Positions 56,656 through 64,000 of a DNA stretch of 64,000 nt are shown here, in pieces. The first letter of the stretch is position 1; the number at the start of each line of letters is the position of its first letter. Source of the DNA: a virus. The notes beneath the pieces were generated by a model that searched no databases, had not been told where the DNA came from, and saw only the letters and a list, made by a program, of their open reading frames with translations. Location of the stretch: IMG/VR virus record IMGVR_UViG_3300045256_000094. The stretch is one strand, 5' to 3'. Both the position numbers and the translations under genes were made by a program.

Positions 56656-56898
56656 TTAGTCGTTCTTGACGGGGTGCAGCTTCGGGTGCCTCGACGGGAA
56701 CTTCAGAATGCTCCCGACCGGCTCCGGCTCGCCGCCGTCTTCAGGCATCGGCCGAGGCGGGGTGAGCTTGGCTCCCTGGCCCGTTTCATCGTCGTCCAAC
56801 CCGTCCATCACCTTCACGATCAGCTTCTTGATGTCCTGCCGGTACTTCGGGTACTCCTCGGCAAGCCTCGATAAGTCGGAAATCAACTGAAAAGACAT
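56656..56898 (-). CDS. hypothetical protein
   Basis: Trimmed to the internal Met (MSFQLISDL). Confidence 0.4.
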   Translation of the reverse strand: MSFQLISDLSRLAEEYPKYRQDIKKLIVKVMDGLDDDETGQGAKLTPPRPMPEDGGEPEPVGSILKFPSRHPKLHPVKND

Positions 56899-56924
56899 AT
56901 AACCCTCCCTGGTTGTTAATATAG

Positions 56925-57140
56925 TTACCCGTCGAGCCACTTGACGACATCTCGGTGGCTCTCCAGCACCAGGGACTCCTCCTCTGGGGCGATCACCACG
57001 TCGTCGGGAATGGGCTGGACCCACGGCCCCAGAAAGCTGTCTCGGAAGATGGTGCGTTTGGGCACGTTGACTTTCAACGTGGCCCAGACTTCACTCTCGT
57101 CGATCCGGGTGGCGTCCAGAACCCATTCCTTCAGTGTCAT
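56925..57140 (-). CDS. hypothetical protein
   Basis: 71-aa ORF. Confidence 0.4.
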   Translation of the reverse strand: MTLKEWVLDATRIDESEVWATLKVNVPKRTIFRDSFLGPWVQPIPDDVVIAPEEESLVLESHRDVVKWLDG

Positions 57141-57149
57141 GATGACCCT

Positions 57150-57647
57150 TTACTTCTTGAGTTTCGCCTGGAGATGGGCGGACAGTCCTTTCTGTCCCTT
57201 CGCCAACTCCCGCTTGACTTCGTTCGCCGTCACGCCACGTTCACTGATGGTGGCCTTCGTGTTGATCGTCACCCGGCTGCCGAAGCGGTCGGCCACGACG
57301 ACGATCTTGTTCTCGGCGTCCACCATGCCGCCCTTGTTAGCCTCGGTCATAGCTGCCTTGAACTCGCTCTTGTCCTTGTCCTCGCTCTCCTTCAGGGTGA
57401 ACTCCCAGGAGTGCCGGAGGTTGCTGATCCGCACCTTCACGCCGTCCTTGTTCCGCTCGACGACCTTCATCCCCATCGCACCCAGAACGGCGTCCGGGTT
57501 CATGCGGAGATAGTCTTCCACGACCTGCGGTGCGACCGGCAAAAGTACGACGGTTTCCGACTCTGCGGTAACAGTGGTCGGAGGAGCAGCAGCAAACGAA
57601 GCTGCCCCGAAAGCGATGGCAAGCATCGCCAACATAGCCCTAAGCAT
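57150..57647 (-). CDS. secreted hypothetical protein
   Basis: Signal peptide MLRAMLAMLAIAFGAASFAAA. Confidence 0.5.
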   Translation of the reverse strand: MLRAMLAMLAIAFGAASFAAAPPTTVTAESETVVLLPVAPQVVEDYLRMNPDAVLGAMGMKVVERNKDGVKVRISNLRHSWEFTLKESEDKDKSEFKAAMTEANKGGMVDAENKIVVVADRFGSRVTINTKATISERGVTANEVKRELAKGQKGLSAHLQAKLKK

Positions 57648-57685
57648 TAGTATACCTCACATATGGGGTGTGCGGTATTTATGCT

Positions 57686-57907
57686 TTAGAACCCGTCTTT
57701 CAACCAGTCGAACGGCGGCTCGGGGCCGAGGAAGCAGTCGGCACAACGGTCACAAAGGGCTTCGGCGTAGTGCCTGCCCTTGACGAGTAAGTGCCCACAC
57801 TTCGCTTCGTTTCCGCACCAGCAGCAGCAGGTGAAGTAGGTGTAGTCGTTTTTCTGAACGAACTCGGCCGACGGAATCGGCGAGCTTTGGTTAACACAGG
57901 CAATCAT
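57686..57907 (-). CDS. Cys-rich small protein ending ...PPFDWLKDGF
   Basis: Member of the WxxEGF group (DGF variant). Confidence 0.45.
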   Translation of the reverse strand: MIACVNQSSPIPSAEFVQKNDYTYFTCCCWCGNEAKCGHLLVKGRHYAEALCDRCADCFLGPEPPFDWLKDGF

Positions 57908-57936
57908 CGAACACTATCGGCTAAGAACCTAAACCC

Positions 57937-58125
57937 TTACTCAAACAAACTGTCGTAGACAAGCCGAATCGCATTCGACGTAATCCCGAAACCAATCGCT
58001 ACGAGCAAGCAACAGAAGGCGAGCTTCCACCCCGTACCGTTCATCAGTGAAACTGCTCCCTTGAAGCAGATCAGCGATACGGTGAAAGAGCTAGAGACTA
58101 TAACTACCCGCCTCAGTGTCTCCAT
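57937..58125 (-). CDS. small two-TM membrane protein
   Basis: 62 aa, hydrophobic. Confidence 0.4.
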   Translation of the reverse strand: METLRRVVIVSSSFTVSLICFKGAVSLMNGTGWKLAFCCLLVAIGFGITSNAIRLVYDSLFE

Positions 58126-58469
58126 TATACATCATTGCGGCGGACGGTTTCGTCGGCCACACGTTCCTTCCACTTCAGGAGCTTCTTCAGGCCGTACTCG
58201 GCCAACTCCTCGTCGGTCCCGCCACGGGCGTAGAACAACGACAGGGCGCAGATCACCACGTCAACCGCCTCGTGCTTCGAGGACTCGGTGATCTCCTTCT
58301 TCTTCAACCCCTGCTCGACCGTCAGGGCTTTGGCGAACTCGCCAATCTCCTCAACGGTGTTCTTGAACAGAAGGTTGATGTCGTGGTTCTTGTTAAGGTC
58401 GGCCAGGGTGGTTTCCCGGACTTCCTCCAAGAACATCCTCATCAGTCCGCTCATTACCACATGTCCCAT
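58125..58469 (-). CDS. MazG-like nucleotide pyrophosphohydrolase
   Basis: EEIGEFAKA...E...HEAVDVVICALSL. Confidence 0.68.
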   Translation of the reverse strand: MGHVVMSGLMRMFLEEVRETTLADLNKNHDINLLFKNTVEEIGEFAKALTVEQGLKKKEITESSKHEAVDVVICALSLFYARGGTDEELAEYGLKKLLKWKERVADETVRRNDV

Positions 58470-58681
58470 TCGGTTAGGTCTAGCTCGTCGCCAGACAGGT
58501 TGTTTTTCACCTTCACGACCATCCCGAGGGTCGTCGGGGTGAAGGTGTAGCTGAAAGCGCCGCCCGAGGCACCGTAGACGCTGAGCCGACCGCTCGCTTT
58601 GGCCTTCTCAGCGTCTTTCTTGTGCTGCTCGTCGGCCCAGGCACCCAGCTTCTCTTTCTGTTCTTCCGTCAGTGCAAACAC
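58454..58681 (-). CDS. hypothetical protein
   Basis: 75-aa ORF. Confidence 0.4.
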   Translation of the reverse strand: MFALTEEQKEKLGAWADEQHKKDAEKAKASGRLSVYGASGGAFSYTFTPTTLGMVVKVKNNLSGDELDLTEWDMW

Positions 58682-58740
58682 GGAACTACTCCTTTACGAC
58701 ATAAATAGCTTAGCAAATACGGCGGGAAAAGGGAATAGCC

Positions 58741-60255
58741 ATGATCCAAAGACCAGAAAGAATTACAGACACGGGCGGCACCTTCACCGGCGGTGCGACG
58801 ACCACCTTCACACTGGCCGTGCCCGCCAAGCGTGGCGTCATTCGCCGTGTCGCCTTTGGCATCTACGGGCTAGTGGCAGCAGACACGTCAACCCTCCGCA
58901 TTCTGGTGGAAGCCCCCAACGGGGATGCCGTTCTCCTGCTTTCCAACGTTGGATTTGGTACAGACGGGGGCACTACCGCCGTTAGCGGCTTTAACCTGAT
59001 CTTCGACCCGTTCGCCTACTACGACCGAAGCTTGAACTCCGTCTCGGGCCGTGTTTACAAAACTGCAACGGCCGACGGGGATGAGGGGCTTCAAGTCCCG
59101 GACGCCACGCCCGTACCGCCTTACACGCCCGACTTGAACTTCATCTTCGACACCGACACCCCCGAGGGGACTTGGAAGCTCTACATTTACGACAGCGGCA
59201 GTGGCGGGTCTTTCGACTATTGGGGTATTGACTTTGAGTACGACTCCGGCGAGCCTTACGATACACCGATGTCGGACTTCTACGCCACCAACTTCACGAA
59301 GGTAAACGTAAACTACGGTTTCACAGCGGATGTCTACCCGTTGGAAATCGAGGCTTCTGGTATGAACGGGCGTGTTGACTACATGGACGTGAGCTTCACG
59401 TTACAACACTCAGACCCGAGCGCCCTCACCTTCATCCTCGAAGCTCCGAACGGAGCGGCGTCCATGTTCGTCTCCGGTACGAGCCTTCAAAATCCCGGAT
59501 TGGTCGTCGTCAACTTCGTTGATAAAACTTTCGCCCCGTCTCCGTTTATGAGCATTGGCGACGGCGATTACATTCAAAACACCAACTACAACCCGACCGA
59601 GGGGAATTTCATCACTACGGCCGGGTTCGGTATCGCTCCCCAGCCGGGACCAGACGGATACTACGAACACCGCCTATACCCTACTCTCTTCGGTGATCCG
59701 AACGGAACCTGGAAGCTCTGGGTAGAAGATCACGGAGGCGGCAGTGGTTCGTTCTTGAACTTCCAGATGCACTTCTACGCCGAGGACATCAACCGCACGG
59801 GCAGTGGGGGTGTACTTGCCGCCGGGAAAAGCCCGAGTAGCAAACGTGGCATTGAGATGTTCTACGACTTGACGGGCACCCCCTACGACGGCAGCGTGGG
59901 TCCGTTCGGCAACGATATGTCCGAAGTTGTGGACAACACCGTCGAGAAGTCCGATTGGGTAGACTTGAAGTTCACCATCGACGCAACCGGCGGCGACGGC
60001 AGTGGGCCGCTCTACATCTTCCTCCTCCGCTCGCTCGACGGGGTTACGTTCGACACGGCAGATATGGACGCCTGCCTGCTCCGCAAGGTAAACCTCACCG
60101 GGTCTGGGGCGTTTACGATCTCAGTGAACCTCCGAGAGTCGTTCGGCAAGGTGTCCCGCTACTGGAGGCTGTACTTCGTCAACCAGTCGCCGCACAACGC
60201 CAACATCACCGCCTCCTTTGGCAACCAGTACATCTTCGTACAGAACAGAGGCTAA
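58741..60255 (+). CDS. tail-fibre/receptor-binding-like protein with proprotein-convertase P-domain-like repeats
   Basis: Repeated PEGTWKLYIYDSGSGGSFDYWGIDF and PNGTWKLWVEDHGGGSGSFLNFQMHF modules; 504 aa, beta-rich. Confidence 0.5.
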   Translation: MIQRPERITDTGGTFTGGATTTFTLAVPAKRGVIRRVAFGIYGLVAADTSTLRILVEAPNGDAVLLLSNVGFGTDGGTTAVSGFNLIFDPFAYYDRSLNSVSGRVYKTATADGDEGLQVPDATPVPPYTPDLNFIFDTDTPEGTWKLYIYDSGSGGSFDYWGIDFEYDSGEPYDTPMSDFYATNFTKVNVNYGFTADVYPLEIEASGMNGRVDYMDVSFTLQHSDPSALTFILEAPNGAASMFVSGTSLQNPGLVVVNFVDKTFAPSPFMSIGDGDYIQNTNYNPTEGNFITTAGFGIAPQPGPDGYYEHRLYPTLFGDPNGTWKLWVEDHGGGSGSFLNFQMHFYAEDINRTGSGGVLAAGKSPSSKRGIEMFYDLTGTPYDGSVGPFGNDMSEVVDNTVEKSDWVDLKFTIDATGGDGSGPLYIFLLRSLDGVTFDTADMDACLLRKVNLTGSGAFTISVNLRESFGKVSRYWRLYFVNQSPHNANITASFGNQYIFVQNRG

Positions 60256-60605
60256 CGGGATCGTGTGACCTTGATGTGGAGGCGGTGGAATGGTTCGGGC
60301 TTCCACTCGCTGACCGGCGTGCCGTCCTCGAACGTGAGTTTGCAGTCCCATTGTTTCTCGAACAACAGGAACAAGTCCTTGAACGTCTGGGCCGTCGCCG
60401 TGTCCTCCTCCAGCCACTCCTTGCCCATGACACCATTGCTGTACAGGGTCGTCAGCCCATGTTTGTTAACATGGGCTTCTTTGGCGGGGCTGCGTGATTG
60501 GAGGAGGTAGAAGTAGATTTCAGCTACATCGCCGCCGTAGCTGTTCTTGTCGTAGTACGCTTCGCAGAGCAGGTTCCAAACCTTGAGAATCATGTGGGGC
60601 AGCAC
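60252..60605 (-). CDS. hypothetical protein
   Basis: 117-aa ORF. Confidence 0.4.
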   Translation of the reverse strand: MLPHMILKVWNLLCEAYYDKNSYGGDVAEIYFYLLQSRSPAKEAHVNKHGLTTLYSNGVMGKEWLEEDTATAQTFKDLFLLFEKQWDCKLTFEDGTPVSEWKPEPFHRLHIKVTRSR

Positions 60606-60606
60606 G

Positions 60607-60996
60607 TCAGTCTCCCTGGAAGGTGATCCCGATCTCGTCGGTGATGTCCTGGCCTGCCACCCAGGCCGGGTTCCACGATTCGCCCTGCGAGCCGTAGAAG
60701 AGGGCGGCGGACCTTACGCCGTCCATCTCCCTCGCCTTGACCCTGTTCCCCTTCTTGCCGCCGAGCCGACCTTTACCAAGTTCATCGTTCCACAACCACA
60801 TCTCCCGCAGCAGCTTCTCCGGGACGATGCCGCCCTCTGGGACGACGAAGCCGAGTTGCCCCTGGTAGTAGTGGTCGCCGGTGACGATCTGGTAGCCGCA
60901 GCACATCCCGACCTTCAGCTTGGGGTTGGTCGGATGGTCTTGGAAGCTGATCGGCCCTACCAGAACTCTGCTCATAATCTGTCTCTCCAGTGTCAA
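60607..60996 (-). CDS. hypothetical protein
   Basis: 129-aa ORF. Confidence 0.4.
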   Translation of the reverse strand: MTLERQIMSRVLVGPISFQDHPTNPKLKVGMCCGYQIVTGDHYYQGQLGFVVPEGGIVPEKLLREMWLWNDELGKGRLGGKKGNRVKAREMDGVRSAALFYGSQGESWNPAWVAGQDITDEIGITFQGD

Positions 60997-61167
60997 GTCT
61001 CGCCCGAAGGCACTTTCTCGGTCCTAGTCAGCTACTTGCTCTACCCAGCTTTCGCAGTCTGCCGAACCCTGGACTTTCAGGGAAGTCTTCACCAACTCAC
61101 GAGGAACACACACAGGCCGACGAACATGACGATGAGGCTGACCTTCAGCAGCCAGTTGCCCCGACTC

Positions 61168-61554
61168 TTAACCCAGAAGTCGAGGAAGGCTGTTATCCAA
61201 CTCAGCACCACGATTGTCAGGGTGATGATCGCCTGCGGGGGCAGCTTCTCCATCGTTTACCTCCGGTAATGCGTTGACCAACTCGACCAGCACATCGCCG
61301 TGGCAACGTTTCGGCTTGCAGAAACAGCCGAGTGTCTTCCCTCTGAGTTCGGGCAACTTCGCCATCAACTCCGGCTGGGTGACGATCCACTCACGGTACT
61401 TCTGAATCGCTTCACTGCGGCTCGCCACCCGGAACTCGGCCAGGGTGTCGGGCTTGTGACTGTACGGGTTTCCCCAGATCGAGGGCCGAGCGATGTAAAC
61501 GTCAGCCCCCTCCTTGTTCACGTTTACGACTCTCGTCGTGCTTGCGGAGGACAT
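61168..61554 (-). CDS. DUF4326-family protein
   Basis: VNVNKEGADVYIARPSIWGNPY...LGCFCKPKRCHGDVL. Confidence 0.62.
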   Translation of the reverse strand: MSSASTTRVVNVNKEGADVYIARPSIWGNPYSHKPDTLAEFRVASRSEAIQKYREWIVTQPELMAKLPELRGKTLGCFCKPKRCHGDVLVELVNALPEVNDGEAAPAGDHHPDNRGAELDNSLPRLLG

Positions 61555-61975
61555 CCTTTTCCTCGGGGGTTAGTTCTCGAACACGTTCCATCTTGCCGTC
61601 TGCCCCTCGCTTGTAAATCCAAGACGAGATCGGGCCTTCTGCCTTCGGCCCGACGAAGCCGGTGCCGATAGTGTAAGGACCGTCGGCGTACCGGCCCAGG
61701 TTCTTCTGCCGCCACTCCTCGTCCATGTAGAAGCACGAGAAGTTCGACGTGCGGTTGATTCTCGCCCGAACCTCCGGGTTGATCTTACCGCACCCATAGC
61801 AGAACACCACCGTGCCGTTCTTCTCGCACTTGTTGGCGGTCAGGCACTCATTGCAGAACTTGACGTTGCAATGAGGACAGGCGTCGGGGTAGTTGCTGGA
61901 TGGGGCGATGATGATCCCCATGCAGAAGCCACACCCGTACTCGTCTACACGTTCCGTCTCGCCTGCCGTTTCCAT
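61502..61975 (-). CDS. Cys-rich hypothetical protein (multiple CxxC)
   Basis: 157-aa ORF. Confidence 0.4.
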   Translation of the reverse strand: METAGETERVDEYGCGFCMGIIIAPSSNYPDACPHCNVKFCNECLTANKCEKNGTVVFCYGCGKINPEVRARINRTSNFSCFYMDEEWRQKNLGRYADGPYTIGTGFVGPKAEGPISSWIYKRGADGKMERVRELTPEEKDVLRKHDESRKREQGGG

Positions 61976-62463
61976 GCGTCGAACACCTTCTTGGGATCGT
62001 CCATGTTAGCCATCAGGATAGTACCATCTATCATATCCCACGTCAACACGGTGACGACGATGGGTCGCCCGTCCGGCTCACGGCGGATGGCGAAGACGAT
62101 GGTGTTCGGCCCCTGCCGGTCGATGTAGTGTTCGGTCGGCTCGACCCGCTCCTCGGCGAACCACCGCTTGATGGCGTCGAGAAACAACGGGTCCGTGACC
62201 CGTTCGTTGTTTCGGATGGCAGCGAGTGCCCGGCCGGAGATGCTGCGATCCAGGCTGGCTCGGACGTTCCGCATGATGTCACGGAGTTCGTGAATCAATT
62301 GGATGCAAATGCCGCAGTTCCCGCCGTCGCCACAGCGGCGCAGGTGGATGTACTTTTTTGGGTCTACAACTCGTTCGAGCCACCGCTGGCGTGCGTGATG
62401 AGTGATGAGAATCGGATACCGCTTAACCGGCTCGGGTTGCGACTGTTCTGGTGGTCCGTCCAC
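61945..62463 (-). CDS. hypothetical protein
   Basis: 172-aa ORF. Confidence 0.4.
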   Translation of the reverse strand: MDGPPEQSQPEPVKRYPILITHHARQRWLERVVDPKKYIHLRRCGDGGNCGICIQLIHELRDIMRNVRASLDRSISGRALAAIRNNERVTDPLFLDAIKRWFAEERVEPTEHYIDRQGPNTIVFAIRREPDGRPIVVTVLTWDMIDGTILMANMDDPKKVFDAWKRQARRNV

Positions 62464-62519
62464 GGCTTCACCCCCTTTCGTTGCCTCATTCTACAAGGGG
62501 GTTCGCCGGTTGTAAGCCG

Positions 62520-62999
62520 TTATTTCATCAGGAAAATTAGGTAGAACGTCCCAATGAGGGCCGCTCCGTGGAGGAACTGGTCAAAGCCGATGGCGGTGAA
62601 GAAGGCTTTCTCGTCGCCCACTTCCTTGTAACGGCGGGTGAACTGGCTCGTGATGGCGTCGGTGAACAGGTGGAGTCCAGCGTTCGACCCGACGTAAGTC
62701 GCCCACACATCCCAGGTCACTTTGGACAGGAGCAGGGCCGTGCCAGCGGCGAGGATGAAGGTGTAGGCTAGGATGTGGACAATCAGGGCGATGATCTTCT
62801 TCCCCTTGTTGTTCGCCATCCACCGAGTCTGGAACACGAAGTCCCCGACGAAGTGTAAGAACAGCAAGTAGATGACGATCAAAACCAGATATTGCTCCAC
62901 GTTATCCTCGGTGAGAGAGTAGCAAGGGCAGGAATCGAACCTACCTCCGTCCGGCTCATGATACCGGCCGGTGTCCACTCTTGCTATATCTATCCGCAA
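62520..62999 (-). CDS. DUF3307-family membrane protein
   Basis: EQYLVLIVIYLLFLHFVGDFVFQTRWMANNK. Confidence 0.52.
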   Translation of the reverse strand: MRIDIARVDTGRYHEPDGGRFDSCPCYSLTEDNVEQYLVLIVIYLLFLHFVGDFVFQTRWMANNKGKKIIALIVHILAYTFILAAGTALLLSKVTWDVWATYVGSNAGLHLFTDAITSQFTRRYKEVGDEKAFFTAIGFDQFLHGAALIGTFYLIFLMK

Positions 63000-63199
63000 A
63001 AGTAGATGTTTGTGTCGTAGTCATCCCTCGGCGGCTCGGGCGGTCTGTTTCGCATCCACTCCCGGAACTCAGCCTCGTGTTGCTCGCAGTGTTGTACTTC
63101 GAGCGGGGTGTAAGTTCCCTGGTAGTATTTGCAGCCGCAGGGCCGCACATCCCACTTCTTCTCGAACAGCTTCCAGAGCCAGTTAAACACTCCACTCAC
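62990..63199 (-). CDS. hypothetical protein
   Basis: 69-aa ORF. Confidence 0.35.
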   Translation of the reverse strand: MSGVFNWLWKLFEKKWDVRPCGCKYYQGTYTPLEVQHCEQHEAEFREWMRNRPPEPPRDDYDTNIYFCG

Positions 63200-63515
63200 C
63201 CCGCCAGTAGACGGTCTTCCCCGTCACCACCTGCACTACCTCGAAATGCTCGCCGCACTCGAAGTAGGGTTGGTGCGTCTCGACGTACCGCTTGGCCTCG
63301 TCGAGCGTGCCCCAGAGCAGCACGTCCCGGTCGGAGCAGTCGCCCATGAACCACAACTGCTTTACTGCGTACAGGTCGGGACTCAGGGCTTTGCTGCCGT
63401 CGAGCTTGACGCAGTGGCGGCAGTACAACCCCGTGTGCGGCCCGTCGCAGTAAGTGGCTTCCTCGGGATGTCCGAACGGTTTGACCAGAGGCGAGCCAGC
63501 AGGTTCTTTGGTCAT
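63183..63515 (-). CDS. hypothetical protein
   Basis: Trimmed to MTKEPAGSPL. Confidence 0.42.
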   Translation of the reverse strand: MTKEPAGSPLVKPFGHPEEATYCDGPHTGLYCRHCVKLDGSKALSPDLYAVKQLWFMGDCSDRDVLLWGTLDEAKRYVETHQPYFECGEHFEVVQVVTGKTVYWRGEWSV

Positions 63516-63712
63516 TTCTTCACCGCATCCTTGACGGTTAGGTTCCGGGCCAGGATCGCCGAACCCCAGAGCAGGAAAAACACGCCCAGGCCCAGGTGCC
63601 ACGTCGGGTCCAGCGGGTTCGTCCAGACCTTCAGGTTCGGGTTGGCGAGGATGGCGATCCCCGAACCGAACATCGTGAAGCCGATCCACAGGGCGGTCCG
63701 CATGACACTCAT
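63512..63712 (-). CDS. small membrane protein
   Basis: MSVMRTALWIGFTMFGSGIAILANP... Confidence 0.4.
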   Translation of the reverse strand: MSVMRTALWIGFTMFGSGIAILANPNLKVWTNPLDPTWHLGLGVFFLLWGSAILARNLTVKDAVKK

Positions 63713-63768
63713 GTTACACCTTCTGGTAAGAAAACTGAACACGTTCTTTATACCAGAAGATCATGTCG

Positions 63769-63966
63769 TCAGTCAAGCAGCCCCAAAAGGAAGACTGCGA
63801 AGCAGGCGATGGCTAAGCCGCCATAGACCTGCCGACGCTCATACCGCTCCTGCCGCCTCATCCGGGCGATCCGTACATCCTTGCACCACATCCTTGTCTT
63901 CCTCCGTTTGGCGTTCATGTGCCGGAATCCACAGGGCGGTGTCGTCCGGGTCGTCGTCCTCGTCAT
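63769..63966 (-). CDS. hypothetical protein
   Basis: 65-aa ORF. Confidence 0.3.
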   Translation of the reverse strand: MTRTTTRTTPPCGFRHMNAKRRKTRMWCKDVRIARMRRQERYERRQVYGGLAIACFAVFLLGLLD

Positions 63967-64000
63967 CCCCGCCGAGATCGACCGTTTCGGCCTCGTCCTT

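Noticed and set aside
35949-57907. The GAGGGATTTTGA DNA motif at the ends of the WxxEGF ORFs considered as a DNA-level repeat or ribosome-binding site for downstream genes
   Set aside because: The copies differ at synonymous codon positions (ggt ttc taa, gaa gga) and the spacing to downstream start codons varies. The conservation is best explained at the peptide level.
1-64000. CRISPR arrays, integrase/att sites, rRNA genes and large tandem DNA repeats
   Set aside because: No spacer-repeat periodicity, no tyrosine or serine recombinase motifs and no rRNA-like stretches were seen. The only repeats are short coding repeats (the KKAAPA and INYGPTIIN protein repeats).

Overview
This 64-kb, roughly 58-60% GC window is densely packed with genes that often share overlapping stop/start codons (ATGA/TAATG). 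It reads like part of a large dsDNA phage or prophage from a Gram-negative host that has an exosortase/PEP-CTERM system. Positions 1-32,150 hold a very large glycan-biosynthesis and glycosylation cluster. It includes UDP-glucose dehydrogenase (partial), FolD, two RmlB-like dehydratases, a GalE-like epimerase, UDP-galactopyranose mutase, a DegT aminotransferase, a NodU/CmcH carbamoyltransferase, an SGNH hydrolase, two sulfotransferase-like proteins, three paralogous SAM methyltransferases, at least ten glycosyltransferase-like genes (one family present three times), a ParB-like protein, a P-loop kinase and a minimal ATP-dependent ligase. A PF10127-type nucleotidyltransferase appears split by an HNH/NUMOD3 homing endonuclease sitting in a low-GC island. 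The most unusual locus is a release factor lacking domain 1 (RF1/PrfH-like, GGQ motif). Its body has no in-frame start codon and is preceded by one or two prfB-style +1 programmed-frameshift sites (SD-like element, 3-nt spacer, CUU UGA). Positions 33,700-64,000 are almost entirely on the minus strand. They encode a translation and RNA-repair set (a GluQRS-like truncated glutamyl-tRNA synthetase, a CCA-adding enzyme, GatB/YqeY, PTH2, tRNA-Arg(CCU), a 91-nt class II-like tRNA, and further tRNA-like elements). They also encode NADAR, MazG, DUF4326, an HNH endonuclease, a PEP-CTERM secreted protein, several secreted or lipoprotein-like proteins, host-like membrane proteins (SugE/SMR, BI-1/YccA-like, Fet4-like iron permease) and a tail-fibre-like protein with proprotein-convertase P-domain repeats. 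Two peptide motifs recur in otherwise unrelated small proteins: a C-terminal '[VF][DN]W-x-x-[ED]GF-COOH' tail (5 genes) and an N-terminal 'M-x-[ST]-F-[KRQF]-E-[FM]' start (5 genes). Several hand-derived coordinates carry ±1-3 nt uncertainty. The ORF-track starts sometimes use TTG/GTG.
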